Part shown: positions 51,040 through 64,000 of the stretch, in pieces | How the letters are laid out: the number at the start of each line of letters is the position of its first letter | How positions within the stretch are numbered: the first letter of the stretch is position 1 | Assembly: GCA_030390025.1 (NCBI GenBank) | Contig: CM059431.1 | Span: forward strand, 148,306,001 to 148,370,000 | Length of the DNA stretch: 64,000 nt | From: Squalus acanthias | Taxonomy: Eukaryota | Direction of reading: 5' to 3' | Made by a program: the position numbers and the translations under genes | Notes under the pieces: model-generated | What the model was told of the DNA's origin: nothing | Database searches by the model: none | Seen by the model: the letters and a program-made list of their open reading frames with translations, nothing else

Positions 51040-54000
51040 AGGTTTTGACATCTCCTCTGGGCTTGTTAGAAACTTGGAGTGGGAGGGGGAAGATCCAGTT
51101 ATCATGGTCCACGGAGGTACCAATGACATAGGTAGGACAAAGAAAGAGGTTCTGCTGAGAGAGTATGTCTAGCGAGGGGTAAAATTAAAAAGCAGAACCA
51201 CAAATGTAATATCTCTGGATTACTACCTGAGCAACGAGCGAATTTGCATCGGGTAAATAAGATCAGATAAATGAACGAGTGGCTCAAAGACTGGTGTGGG
51301 AGAAATGGGTTTCGATTTGTGGGGCGCTGGCACCAGTACTCGGATAAGAGGGAGCTATTCCGTTTGGACGGTCTTCACTTGCATTATGCTGAGGCTAGAG
51401 TCCTGGCAAATGGAATAACTAAGGCTGTAGAGAGGGCTTTAAACTAAAAAGTGTTGGGGGGAGGATCCAGATGAGCAGGAACTTAAAAGTCAATGAGAAA
51501 TGAGAAAGCATTAGAGCAGGCTGGAGACGGGAGAAATAATAACCAGACTATGTCAGGAAGGGACTGAATGATTAAAAATAAGAGTGTAACAGAAAAAAAA
51601 GACCAAAAAAAGGAAAAATCGTAAAAATACAAAGATAAAAGCTCTATATCTGAATGCACGCAGCATTCGTAACAAGATAAATGAGTTGACGGCACAAATA
51701 GATACAAATGGGTATGATGAGATCGCTATTAAACAGACGTGGTTGCAAGGTCACCAGGGCTGGGAACTGAATATTCCCAGGGTATATGATAATTCGGAAG
51801 GATAGAAGGAAAGGAAAGTGAGGTGGGATGGTTTTGTTGGTAAAAGATGGGATCAGTGCAGTGGTGAGAAGTGATATTGACTCAGAAGATCAAGATGTAG
51901 AATCGGTTTGGGTGGAGGTAAAAAATAATAAGGGGAAAAAGTCTCTGGGGCAGCGTAGACTGAAGGCCCCCGAACAGTAGCAATGCTGTTGGACAGAGTA
52001 TAAACCAACAAATAATGAAGGCCTGTAAAAAAGTGGTACGGTAATAATCATGGGTGATTTTAATCTCCATATTGATTGGACACATCAAATTGGCCATGGT
52101 AGCCTGGAGGAGGAGTTCATAGAGTGCATCCGGGATGTTTTCCTAGAACAGTATGTAATGGAACCAAACAGGGAGCAGGCTATCTTGGATCTGGTACTAT
52201 GTAATGAGAGAGAATTTATAAATGATCTCATAGTAAAGGATCATCATGAAAAGAGTGATCATAGTATGGTTGAATTTCAAATTCAGTTGGAGGTTGAGAA
52301 TATTGTCTCCAAAAACAGTGTCCTGATCTTAAACAAAGCCAATTATAATGGCATGAGGGCAGAACTGGCTAAAGTGGACTGGAAAAATAAATTACAGGGT
52401 AAGAAAGTTGAAATGCAGTAGCGGACATTTAAGGAGATATTTCAGAACTCTCAAGAAAAATATATTCCAGGGAGAAAGAAAGATTTTAAGAGAAGGGAGC
52501 ACCATCCGTGGCTAACTAAGGAAGTAAAGGATGGTATCAAATGGAAAACGAAGGCATACAATGTTGCCAAGATTGGTGGGAGACCAGAGGATTGGGAATT
52601 TTTAAAAACCAGCAGAGGATGACTGAAAAAAAAGAAAGAGAGAGAAGAAGAATTATGAGAGTAAGCTGGCAAGAACCATTAAAACAGATAGTAAGAGCTT
52701 CCACAGGTATATAAAAAGGAAGAGGGTAGCTCAAGTAACCGATGGTCCCTTAGAGGATGAGACTGGGGAATTAATAATGGGGAACGGGGAAATGGCAGAG
52801 ACTCTGAACAAATATTTTGCATCTGTCTTCACTGTAGAAGACACTAACAACATCCAAATAATGAATAATCAAGGGGCCACAGGGAGTTGGAAAATGAAGA
52901 AAATCACGATCACACTCAGTAAAATAATGGAAATAAAAGACAACAAGTCCACTGAACCAGATGGCCTGCATCCCTATTTAAGGTAGGAGGGAAACAGAAA
53001 GCAGGAAACTATAGACCAGTTAGCCTAACATCTGTCGTTGGGAAAATGCTGGAGTCTTTCATTAAGGAAGCAGTAGCAGGGCATTTGGAAAAACATACTG
53101 CAGTCAAACTGAGTCAGCATGGTTTTAGGACAAGGAAATCAAGTTTAACAAATTTGCTGGAGTTCTTTGAGGATGTAACAAGCAGGGTGGACAAGGATGA
53201 GCCAGTGGATGTGGTGTATTTGGATTTCCAGAAGGCATTTTATAAGGTGTCACATAAAAGGTTACTGCATAAGATAAGATGTCACGGAGTTGGGGTAATA
53301 TATTAGCATGGATAGAGAATTGGCTAACTAACAGAAAGCAGGGAGTGGGGATAAATGGGTCATTTTCTGGTTTGCAAACGGTAACTAGTGGGGTGCCACA
53401 AGGATGGGTGCTGCGGCTCCAACTATTTACAATCTACATTAATGACTTGGATGAAGTGATCGAGTGTAATGTAGCCACATTTGCAGATGATACAAAGATG
53501 GGTGGGAAAGCAAGTTGTGCAGAGGACTCAAGGAATCTGCAAAGGGATATAAACAGGCTAGGTGAGTGGGCAAACATTCGTCAGATGGAGTATAATGTGG
53601 GAAAATGCGAGGTTATCAACTTGGCCAGGAAAAATAAAAAGCAAACTATCATTTAAATGGCGAGAGATTACAAAATGCTACATTTTAACGGGACCTGGGT
53701 GTCCTTGTGCATGAAACACAAAAAGTTAGCATGCAGGTACAGCAAGTAATCAAAAAGGCAAATGGAATGTTGGCCTTTATTTCAAGAGGGGTTGGAGTAT
53801 AAAAGTAGGGAAGTCCTGCTACAAATGTACAAGGTATTGGTGAGACCACACATTGAGAACTGTGTACAGTTTTGGTCTCCTTATTTAAGGAGGGGTATAG
53901 TTGCATTGCAGGCAGTTCAAGAAACGATTCACTAGGTTAATTCCAGAGATGAGGGGTTTGACTTATGAGGAAAGATTGAGCGGGCTGGGCCTTTACTCTT

Positions 54001-54415
54001 TGGAATTTAGAAGAATCAGAGGTGATCTTATCGAAACAATTGAGATTGTGAGGGGGCTCGACAGGGTAGATGCAGCGAGGAGTTTTCCCCTCCTGGGAAA
54101 ATCTAGCATTCGGGGGCACGGTCTCAGAATAAAGGGTCGCCCTTTTAGAACTGATATGAGGAGGAACTTCTTCTCTTACAGGGTCGTAAATCTGTGGAAT
54201 TCTCTGCCCCAGAGAGCAGTAAACCTGAGTTATTAACTACATTTAAAGTGGAGATAGACACATTTTTGCAAGATAAGGGAGTGAAGGGTTATGGGGAGTG
54301 GGCTGGGAAGTGGCTTTGAGCCCGAGATCAGCCATGATCTTATTTAATGTCGCAGCAGGCTCGAGGGGCCAAGTGGCCTATTCCTGATCCTATTTCTTAC
54401 GTTCTTATGTTCTTA
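51040..54415 (+). mobile_element. Long decayed CR1 LINE, paralogue of 13297-16650
   Basis: MGDFN, SDH, DFQKAF, FADDTK; internal deletion near 52972; (TTCTTATG)n tail. Confidence 0.92.
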
Positions 54416-54422
54416 TACCCCA

Positions 54423-56525
54423 TAGTCATACCTAGCACAAAGGAAGATGGTTGTGGTGGTTGAAGGTCAATCATCACAACCCCAGGACATCGCTGTAGGA
54501 GTTCCTCAGGGCAGTGTCCTAGGCACAACCATCTTCAGCTGCTTCATCAATGATCTTCCCTCCAACAAAGGGCAGAAATGGGGATGCTCGCTGAATACTG
54601 CAAAGTGTTCAGTGCTCTTCACAACTCCTCATATAATAAAGCAATCCATGCCCGCATGCAACAAATCTGGACGACGTTCAGTCTTGAGCTGATTTGTGGC
54701 AGGTAACATTCGCCCCACAGAAGTGTCAGGCATAGACTAACTCCAACAAGCGAGACTCTAACCACATCTCCTTGACATTCAATGGCATTACCATCGGCGA
54801 ATCCCCCACCATCAACAACCTGGGGCTCACCATTGACCCGAAACTTAACTGGACCAGCCACATGAATACTGTGGCAACAAGAGCAGGTCAGAAGCTAGAT
54901 ATTCAGCGGCGAGTGTCTCACCCTCTGACTCCCCAAAGCCTTTCTACCAACCATAACGCACAAGTAAGGAGTTTAAGGGAATACTCTCCACTTGCCTGGA
55001 TGAGTGCAACTCCAACAACACTCAAGAAGCTCGACACCATCCAGGACAAAGCAGCTCGCTTGATTGGCACCCCATCCACCACCTTAAACATTCACTCCCT
55101 CCACCACCGGCGTCCCGTGGCTGCAGTGTTTGCCATCTACTGCAGCAACTCGCCAAAGCTTCTTCGGCAGCACCTCCCAGTCCTGCAAACCTTTCCACCT
55201 AGAAGGACAAGGGCAGCAGGCGCATGAGTACACCACCACCTCCAATTTACCCGCCAAGGCACACACCATCCTCACTTAGAATTATATCACCGATCCTTCA
55301 TCATCGCTGGGTCAAAATCTTGGAAATCCCATCCTAACAGCACTGTGGGAATACCTTCACCACACGGACTGCAGCGGTTCAAGAAGGCGGCTCACCACCA
55401 CCTTCTGAAGGGCAGTTACGGATGGGCAACAAATGCTGGCCTTGCCAGCGACACCCACATCCCATAAACGTATAAAAAAATACATTATACCTCTTTATAA
55501 ATCACTATGACCATTAACAAATCTTCATAACAGCTTATAAATCATTATGACCATTAATAAAACATTATAACCATTTATAAATCATTATGACCATTAATAA
55601 AACATCATAACCCTTAGTCATACTTAGCACAAAGCAAGATGGTTGTGGTGGTTGAAGGTCAATCATCACAGCCCCAGGACATAGCTGCAGGAGTTCATCA
55701 GTGCATTGTCCTAGACCAAACAATCTTCAGCTGCTTCATCAATGACCTTCCCTCCAACATAAGGTCAGAAATGGGGATGTTCGCTGATGACAGCACAGTG
55801 TTCAGTGCCATTCACAACTCCTCAGATAATGAAGCAGTCCATGCCCGCATGCAATGGGACCTGGACGACGTTTAGGCTTCGTCTGATAAGTGGAAGTTAA
55901 CATTTGCACCGCACAATTGCCAGGCAATGACTGTGTCCAACAAGCGAGACTCTAACCAACGCCCATTGACATTTAATGGCATTACCATCGCCGAGTCCCC
56001 CACCATCAACTTTCTGCGGGTCACCATTAACCTGAAACGTATCTGGTCCAGCCACTTGAATACTGTGACACCATCCAGGACAAAGCAACCCGCTTGATTG
56101 GCACCCCACCTACCACATTAAACATTCACTCCCTCCTTCACCAGCGTACCGTGGCTGCAGAGTGTACCATCTACAGGATACACTGCAGCAACTCACCAAG
56201 GCTTCTTCGGCAGCGCCTACCACCCGCAAACTCTTCCACCTCGAAGGACAAGGGCAGCAGGTGCATGGCAACACCACCACCTTCAAGTTACCCTCCAAGT
56301 CACACACCATCCTGACTTAGAATTATATCACCGATCCTTCATCATCGCTTGGTCAAAACCCTGGAGCTCCCTCCCTAACAGCACTGTAAGAGTACCTTCA
56401 CCACACGGGATTCCAGCGGTTTAAGAAGGCGACTCACCACCACCTGCTCAAGGGCAATTAGGGATGGGCAACAAATGCTGGCTTTGCCAGCGGCACCCAT
56501 ATTCCATAAAGGAATAAAATAAAAT
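54423..56525 (+). mobile_element. Two tandem 5'-truncated LINE fragments (54423-55480, 55615-56525)
   Basis: MVVVVEGQSSQPQDIA.GV occurs twice; mirrors 25680-27768. Confidence 0.85.
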
Positions 56526-56569
56526 AATACATTATAACCCTTTGTAAATCATTATGAACATTAATGAAT

Positions 56570-57745
56570 CTTTTTTTTAATTCATTCTTGGGATGTGGAT
56601 GTCACTGGCAAGGCCACCATTTATTGCCCAACCATAATTGTTCTGGAGAAGGTGGTGGTGAGACATCTTATACAACTGAGTGGCTTGCTCGGCCATTTCA
56701 GAGGGCAGCGAAGAGACAACGACATTGCTGTGGGTCTGGAGTCACATTTCGGACACAATGGCCCAGAAATTAAACATTGATGGTTCCCGCGGGGGTAAGG
56801 ATTACCCGCGTATTCGCATTCCGCGCCTACCTTTTTGTTTGGGGCCCACACGAACTTTAGTTTCAGAGCCTCTTCTTGTTGCAACCGCGCAGTGTGTGCG
56901 TGTCCCAGAGGCGCAATTTGTTCGTATGAGCTCTGGGATCACGTGATTCAGTTAGAGCCAATGGCAGCACACCATCTTTCATTCATAATTTTGACAGCAA
57001 GAGCTGTCAAAGCTATGAATACTACAAACCCCCAAAAGAACAGCTTAACCTCAATTAAATTTTTAAAAAGCCATCACATTAATAAAATAAGTATAGTTAA
57101 ATAATTTAAACCACTTTAAACAAAAAATAAAATTTTTGAAAAAATTTAAAATCTTTTTAAAAGTTATAAAACTAAACTTGCCTTTCTTTAAAGTCTCTAA
57201 TAAAGATAAACCTGTTGAAAAATATTTAAAATAACACTTAATTAACTACTTACCTTGTTAAAAGGGGGTCCTACGCCTGCTTTCTTTATGTGTAAAATCT
57301 TCACCACTTACCTGCGCGTTCAAAGCTAAAAAAAAAACTAAGTGCACTGCCTGTGCACAACCTGTAGCACGCACGCGGTTCACTTAGGAACCGCCCCCTT
57401 TGCAATTCATGAAGTGACGGTTTCCCGTGCATGCGCAGTGCATGCAGGAACCGACAATTCGGGATCTAATACGCGAGAGTACACAGTGCGTACTCTCGCG
57501 TATTAGGTCTAATTTTCGTACACAATATATAAGAACGGCAGATTTCCTTCCGTAAAGGACAATAGTGAACCAGATGTGTTTTTACGACAATTCGATCGCT
57601 TCATGGTCAACATTACTGACGCAATCTTTTTTCCAGATTTGTTTGATGAATTGTATTTAAATTTCCCAGCTGGTGGAGTTTCAACTCAGGATTATTCGTC
57701 CCGGCATCTTATTTACTTGTTCAGCAACATAACCACTATGCTACT
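56570..57745 (-). mobile_element. tRNA-derived SINE (copy 4), interrupted by a MITE
   Basis: Reverse complement of 11918-12322. Confidence 0.7.
56760..57523. mobile_element. MITE, PIF/Harbinger-like, same family as 31153-31894
   Basis: Starts GGCCCAGAAATT after AAT (56757-56759) and ends before AAT (57524-57526); right TIR degenerate; interior is reverse-complement similar to 31153-31894, including the TACGCGAGAGTAC...GTACTCTCGCGTA hairpin. Confidence 0.75.
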
Positions 57746-58189
57746 GTAGCCTTCAAATATATCGCCGTTCCTTCATCGGGACTGGGTGAAAAGCCTGAAA
57801 TTCCTTCGGTAACAGTAACACCTTCAGCACACGGACTTCAGCGACTCAAGATGAAGGCCCAGCATTTGCTCATGACTAACTATGGATGGGAATGTAATTC
57901 CGGTCTTGACAGCGTCACCCATATCCTGAGAGCAAATAAATATAAATAATAAAATGGGATTAAAATCACTGATTTTGAAATTCACTGATTGAAACCAGGC
58001 GAGGCCTGTGATCAGAGCGGGTCGTCATCGTCCGCCAAATTGTCAACACAACTTGTCTCACCAATTCTAGGTTTTATGAATGATACTGCACACACTTTCT
58101 CAATTTCTCTATCCTATCAAAGGTTGCTTGATAAAGTACCATATATTACCAAAGTTGAATCCCATTGGATTAAAGTGGCAATGGCAAAA

Positions 58190-59842
58190 GTGCGAGGCAT
58201 ACCAGTATTACAGTGAGGGATGTGAGGTATATCATTTTTACAGTGAGTGGTGTGGGGAGTAACAGTCCAGAGTATGGCATGTATCACAGTGCTACAGTGA
58301 GGGGTGTGGGGTATATCAGAGGATTACAGTGTGGACTGTGGGGTATATCAGTATTACAGTGACTGTTGTGGAGAGTAACATCCCAGAGTATGGCATGTAT
58401 CAGATGTTAGAGTGAGGGGTGTGGGGTATATCCGAGGATTACAGTGAGGAGTGTGGGGTATATCAGTATTACAGTGACTGGTGTGGAGAGTAACAGTCTA
58501 GAGTGTGGCATGTATTAGAGTGTGAGAGTGAGGGGTGTGTGGTATATCAGTATTACAGTGAATGGTGTGGAGAGTAACAGTCCATAGTATGGCATGTATC
58601 AGAGGGTTACAGTGAGGGGTGTGGGGAGTATCAGAGAGTTCCAGTGAGGGGGGTGGAGTATATCTGAGTGTGTTACAGTTAGTTGAGGTTGCTATATCAG
58701 TATTATAATGAGAGTTGTGTGAGAAGTAATAGTCCAGAGTGTGGTATGTATCAGATTGTTAAACTGAGCGGTGTGTGTTATATCAGAGATTTAGAGTGTG
58801 AGGTGTGGGTTACATCAAAGGATTACAGTAAGGAGTGTGGGGTATATCAGTTTGTTACAGTGAGGTGTGTGGGGTATATCAGACGTTTACAGTGAGGGAT
58901 CTGGCGTACATCAGTGTTAAAGTGAGCGGTTTGGGGTTTATCAGAGATTTAGAGTGAGAGGCCTGGGTATATCAGAGTGTTACAGGGACGGACGTGGGGT
59001 ATATCAGAGAGTTAGAGTGAGAGGTTTGGAGTATATCAGAGGATTACAGTGAGGGTTATGTGGTATATCAGTGTTAGAGTGAGGGCTTTGCAGTTTATCA
59101 GAGTTTTACAGCGAGAATTGTGGGGTATATCAGATTGTTAAAGTGAGGAGTGTGGGGTATATACAAGAGTTAGAGTGAAAGGTGCAGGGTATATCAGAGG
59201 ATTACAGTGAGAGTTGTGACTTATATCAGTGTGTTACAGTGAGGGGTGTGGGGTATATCAGATTGTTACAGTGAGAGGTGTGGGGTATATCAGTGTGTTA
59301 CAGTGAGGGGCGTGGTGTAAGTCAGCGTGTTACAGTGAGGGGTGTGACTTATATGAGATTGTTGAAGTGAAGGGTGTGGCTTTTATATCAGAGTGTTACA
59401 GTGAGGGTTTTGCGGTATATAGGAGAGTTAAAGTGAGAGGTGTGGGGTATATCAGAGTGTTACATTGAGGGGTATGGAGTATAGCAGAGTGATACATTGA
59501 GGGGTGTTGTGTATATCAGAGTGTTACAGTGAGGGGTGTGGTGTATATCAGAGTGTTACAGTGAGGGTTGTGGCCTTTATATCAGAGTGTTGCAGTGAGG
59601 GGTTTGCGGTATATAAGAGAGTTAAAGTGAGAGGTGTTGGGTATATCAAGGTGTTACAGTGAGGGGTGTGGGGTATATCACAGTGTTACATTGAAGGTTG
59701 TAGAGAATTCAGAGTGCGATTCAGTGAGGGGTGTGGAGTATATCAGAGTGTTAAAGTGAGGGGTGTGTGGTATATCAGAGTGTTACAGTGAGGGGAGTGG
59801 GGTATATCAGAGTGTTACAGTGAGGGGTGTGGGGTATATCAA
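58190..59842 (+). repeat. ~32-bp minisatellite
   Basis: Mirror of 9755-11460. Confidence 0.92.
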
Positions 59843-60525
59843 TTCCTCCTCATCTCAGTCTTAAATGGCCGACCCCATATCAGGAGATGTGCCCCCTAGT
59901 TCTAGACACTCCAGCCAGGGGAAACAATCTCTCAGCATTTACCCTGTCAATCCCCTTCAGAATTTTCTATGTTTCAATGAGATCACCTCTCATTCTTCTA
60001 AACTCCAGAAAGTATGGGCACATTCTCCACAATCTCCCATCATAGGACAGCCCTCTCATCCCAGGAATCAATCTAGTGAACCTTTGTTGCACCGCCTCCA
60101 AGGCAAGTATATTCTTCCTTAGTTAAGGAGACCAGAACTGTGTACAGTACTCCAGGTGTGGTCTCAACAAGGCCCTGTACAATTGTAGCAAGACTTCCTT
60201 ACACTGATACTGCAAACTCCTTGCAATAAAGGACAACATGCCATTTGCCTTCCTTATTGCTTGCTGTACCTGCATGCTGGATTTCTGTCTTTCTTGCACG
60301 AGGAAACCCAAATCTCTCTGAACACCAACATTTGAAAGTTTCTCACCATTTAAAATAAATTTTGTTTTTCTATTCATGCTACCAAAGTGAATAACCTCAC
60401 ATCTCCCTACATTATACTCCATCTGCCAACTTACTGCCCACCCACTTTGTCTATCTATATCCCTTTACACACTCTTTGTGCTCTCCTCACAGATTACTGT
60501 CTCACCTAGCTTTATATCATCAGTA
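59843..60525 (-). mobile_element. CR1 ORF2 fragment
   Basis: Mirror of 9073-9752. Confidence 0.9.
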
Positions 60526-61961
60526 TCGGGCAGAATGGGATAATACTATACCATTCCTAACAGGGTGGCGTTGCTCTGTTCCTGTAAAAGAATACACTCT
60601 GAGAACCCAATGACAAAGAAGGAGTGCCTGGAATGATGTTTTCACTGCCTATAGTTTCAGGGTCCTCTGTAATAAATAGCCTGGATGACATGGAATTGCA
60701 GACTCAGATAAATGGTTTAAAAACCCAGTTAAGAAAGATCCTGAAGGATGGGAACACAGTGGTAGGCTCAGAGCTACATGAGGACCAAGCTATGACGGTT
60801 CATTGAAAGGAAATTATTGCAGAATTGGAAAGGCATGCCAAAACAGTAAATGCACTCATACGGGAGGATAGGAATGCATCGGATCAGGCTGCACAGAATG
60901 AGGTGTGTGTGCTGTACGGGGCATGGTTACTGGGCGAGGACCGTAGCAACCTGGAGGATGTAAAGCAAGGTTTAGTCTCCTCCTGGATCAGCAACAAGCA
61001 CCTCGCAGCCCTCCACCCGTTTAGTAATTTGCTGAGCCCATGCCACTTTCGTCTAGCCTCTGAAGCCTACCCTGTCCCAATAGATTGTGGGCGTTCCAAT
61101 CACACTATCATGGTGATAGTAGTGAGAATGCCGGTCATGAGTGAGACAGGCCGACCCGTACCGATATACAGGGTGGAGAACATTGGAGTCATTCAAGGGG
61201 GTGCACACATCCGTTTTACAGCGGTCCCACCTTATGTCATAAAGTGGGAGCACGCCATGACAGGTACTATCCTCTCCGGGTGCCGGGGCCGGGGTTCACA
61301 CATAATACTGTCTCCCCAGCACTTGAACGCCTATTCTAAACCACAGTGTGGGTTCAAAGCTGCTGGCACACGACCTATGAACTGTACCATGGAGGTGATG
61401 GCACAAGGCCATGTTTCCCCACAGGTAGCATATATAGGGGGTGGGATATATTGTGTCACCACAGGTGCGTTCCACTACCAGCATGGACACTTCTGGTGTC
61501 CGGTAAGTGACAGCAGTTTCTGCTTTAAACCAGAGGCAGATGTTTAAGTGGCCCAAGAACGGATTGTCCCCATTCCTGAACCCTCCTCTGTTCACCTCAC
61601 TGTAACAGAAAACATCACCAACCTGCAAAAGTATGCGACTTACTTTGGATATAAAATTCCCCCTTTACCCGAACATCTTACCATCCTACTTAAAGCTGTA
61701 GAGATTTCACAAAAACATTTCTACACCCTGGAACAGAAAACAGTTGAAATAGGGGCAGAGATTTTGGATAAAATAGTTCCACCCTGGTGGGATATTTTCG
61801 AGAATATAGAATTGCCTTCCTGGATCAGGATGGTTCCCCATCTTTTGGTGGTCTGCCAGCTCGGGATAATTATCTACCTGCTGTGTACAAAGTGCAGGGG
61901 AAGGGACGGGGAGCTCCGTTCCAAACACGAAGGGACTTGGGAAGAGCATCAAAATAAAGGC
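60526..61961 (+). pseudogene. Second copy of decayed env-2
   Basis: ORFs 60624-60806, 60825-61547 and 61548 onward are highly similar to 7598-9030; furin region disrupted; 3' end and LTR lost. Confidence 0.8.
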
Positions 61962-62510
61962 AGCGCTCCCTCAAGATTGCCCCTCCGACAGTGCAGCTAT
62001 CCCTTTGTACTGTCCCTCCTAAATGGCAGCGCTCCCACAGTCCTGATCCTCTGACAATGCAGAGCTCCCTCAGAACTTCCCCTGCGACAGTGCAGCGCTC
62101 CCTCAGTACTTCCCCTCGGACAGTGCAGTACTCCCTCACTACTGCCCCTTTGACAGTGCAGAGCTCCCTCAATAATGCCCCTCACAACAGTGCAGCTCTC
62201 CCTCTGTACTGCCCCTCCGACAGGGCAGGGCTCCCTCTGTATTTCCCCTCCGAAAGTGCGGTTCTCCTTCAGTGCTGACCCTCGCAAATTGGAGCGGTCT
62301 CTCAGTACTGCCCCTCTGACAGTGCAGCGCTCAATCAGTACCGCCCCTCCGACAGTGCAGTGCTCCCTTACTATTGCCCCTCTGACAGTGCGACACTCCC
62401 TCAGTACAGCCCCTCCGGCAGTGAAGCGCTCTCAGTGCTGCCCCTCTGAAAGTACAGCGCTCACTCGGTACTGCCACACTGACAGTGCAGCGCTCCCTCA
62501 GTACTGCCCG
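61961..62510. repeat. ~32-bp minisatellite (GACAGTGCAGCGCTCCCTCAGTACTGCCCCTC)n
   Basis: Visible tandem array that starts exactly at the duplication boundary. Confidence 0.88.
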
Positions 62511-62819
62511 AATAGTTTCTACTGAAGCGAGGGCTTTATGGGATGAACGTACCAATGCCGATCGGGCCTGGATCTGTTCCTCCACCTTAGGGATTTGCCA
62601 CCAAAGGGCACCGGGAACGATGTCCATGGTCAGGTTAGGGGTGAGTTGGAGCCAGGACAGGATGTGTCCAAAAGAAGGAGGCCCATCTTCCGTCCTGCAC
62701 CGGCCAGTGACGTCTCTGCTGAAACACGGGTCCTGCGATACTTGATTTAGATTGTTGCATTCAACGTTCATGGAGAGCAGTTAGAGAATCTTCCTGATAG
62801 CCAGAGTCAGCATCGATCA

Positions 62820-63195
62820 TTCCCCGGGCATATACAGCCCTGTTGGATACATTATAGAGCGCCCTGTACATTACCCTGTGTCCCCACTTTATACCCAGTG
62901 TCACATCGAGGGCTCCCAGGGCACAGGTTAGCTACAGTGTAGGAATCCCTCTACATTACCCTGCCAGTGTGTCCCCCACTTTATACCCAGTGTCAGCAGC
63001 GAGTGCTCCCAGGGCAGGTACAGCACGGGTTAGATACAGTGTAGAGCTCCCTCTACATCACCCTGACAGTGTGTCCCCACTTTATACCCTGTGTCAGTAT
63101 CGAGCGCTCCCAGGTAAGGTGCAGCACGGGTTAGATACAGTGGAGAGCCCCCTCTACATTACCCTGATATTGTGTCCCCACTTTATACCCAGATT
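62820..63195. repeat. ~95-100-bp tandem repeat (4 copies)
   Basis: CCCCACTTTATACCC recurs at ~62882, 62974, 63075 and 63176. Confidence 0.8.
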
Positions 63196-64000
63196 CAGTT
63201 AGAACAAAGGTGACTGCTGGAAACGTGCTGTCAAATCAGAGGTTGGTGTAAAATTGTGATCTGTTCCTGACTGAAAGTGAAACAGGTTTTAGTTGCCAGT
63301 CTAAATATGACTGACAATTATTCCATGAAAATTTAACGTGTTTGTGCGACAGTCCGGGGTCTACCATGTTAATGCAGGTGTTAACTCATTTAAAATAAGC
63401 TCCTTTCAAATTGCTTAAAGTCTGTATAAACATAGCAGACGGAAGAGTTCACAGGTGCCTTTTAACTGCTGGTACAATTACACAACAACATTTGAACTCC
63501 AATTAAAGAAGGACCTGCAGCGTATTTCCAGGAATTCCCTGGTGTGCGGGTTGGACACCAAGATATCAAAAATACACGGCATGGAATATCCACTGCAGTG
63601 CGATCCCGACAGTTACTCAGGGATTACTCCCGCTCCGGAACTGCACCACTGACCCTGCTGAAGTTTGTAGGCTCAGGGAGTGGGTCATCCAGGAGTGGAC
63701 AGTAAGAAAGCTGAAGTCCGGTATCGTGACAAATATACGGCGAGGAACCAGATAAATCCTCACTAAGGAACCATCAGGGGTTTTACCTGCCAGCGTAACT
63801 CTAGGGGTGAATGTTTCCTGACTCCCCGAACTGTCTTACATTGAACCCAGTTCAGATCAAGATGGATTCAGTTTACCGGAGAATAGGGACAAATATCACC
63901 ACAATTGAGGGAGACAAGTGCTGCCATTAGAGAATCTAAGAGATCTTTGGGAAAGAAAATGTTGCACAATTGTGATATTAATAGCAAAACATTTCCAGCT

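Larger units (their letters stand above)
46300..61961 (+). repeat. Right arm of large inverted segmental duplication
   Basis: Reverse-complement colinear with 7625-20995, plus arm-specific insertions. Confidence 0.92.

Noticed and set aside
58190..59842. TACAGTG in the minisatellite as a V(D)J recombination signal
   Set aside because: Lacks the invariant CAC of the heptamer and a nonamer at 12/23 spacing; no antigen-receptor segments nearby.
60825..62054. Domesticated (syncytin-like) env gene
   Set aside because: No signal peptide or surface subunit, disrupted furin site, in-frame stops, and the tail runs into a minisatellite.
62331..62771. 146-aa ORF
   Set aside because: Partly a minisatellite translation; no recognisable motif in the remainder.

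Overview
Eukaryotic, repeat-dense genomic DNA. The CR1/RTE/Penelope/SINE families and the GPCR type point to a cartilaginous fish (inference). The window is built from four partial copies of one cassette (SINE, LINE fragments, AT-rich minisatellite, CR1, CpG-rich element): + at ~1-2.1 kb, - at ~9.7-17.2 kb, - at ~24.7-32.6 kb and + at ~50.4-59.8 kb. The second and fourth copies lie within a large inverted duplication (arms ~7625-20995 and ~46300-61961). Each arm carries an intact two-exon class A GPCR (GPR139/142-like, ~337 aa) and a decayed viral env. The spacer holds a ~9 kb pyrimidine-rich low-complexity block and a young CR1. The most unusual items are two divergent, homologous, non-gamma-type (F-protein-like) envelope genes. 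One is followed by a polypurine tract and a ~1.1 kb LTR; the other appears to carry an immunoglobulin-like domain after its signal peptide. There are also Harbinger-like MITEs, two different ones occupying the same nucleotide in paralogous SINE copies, and tandem copies of the exon-1 splice donor inside the GPCR intron. All calls are by eye; no alignment or database search was run, and repeat boundaries are approximate.
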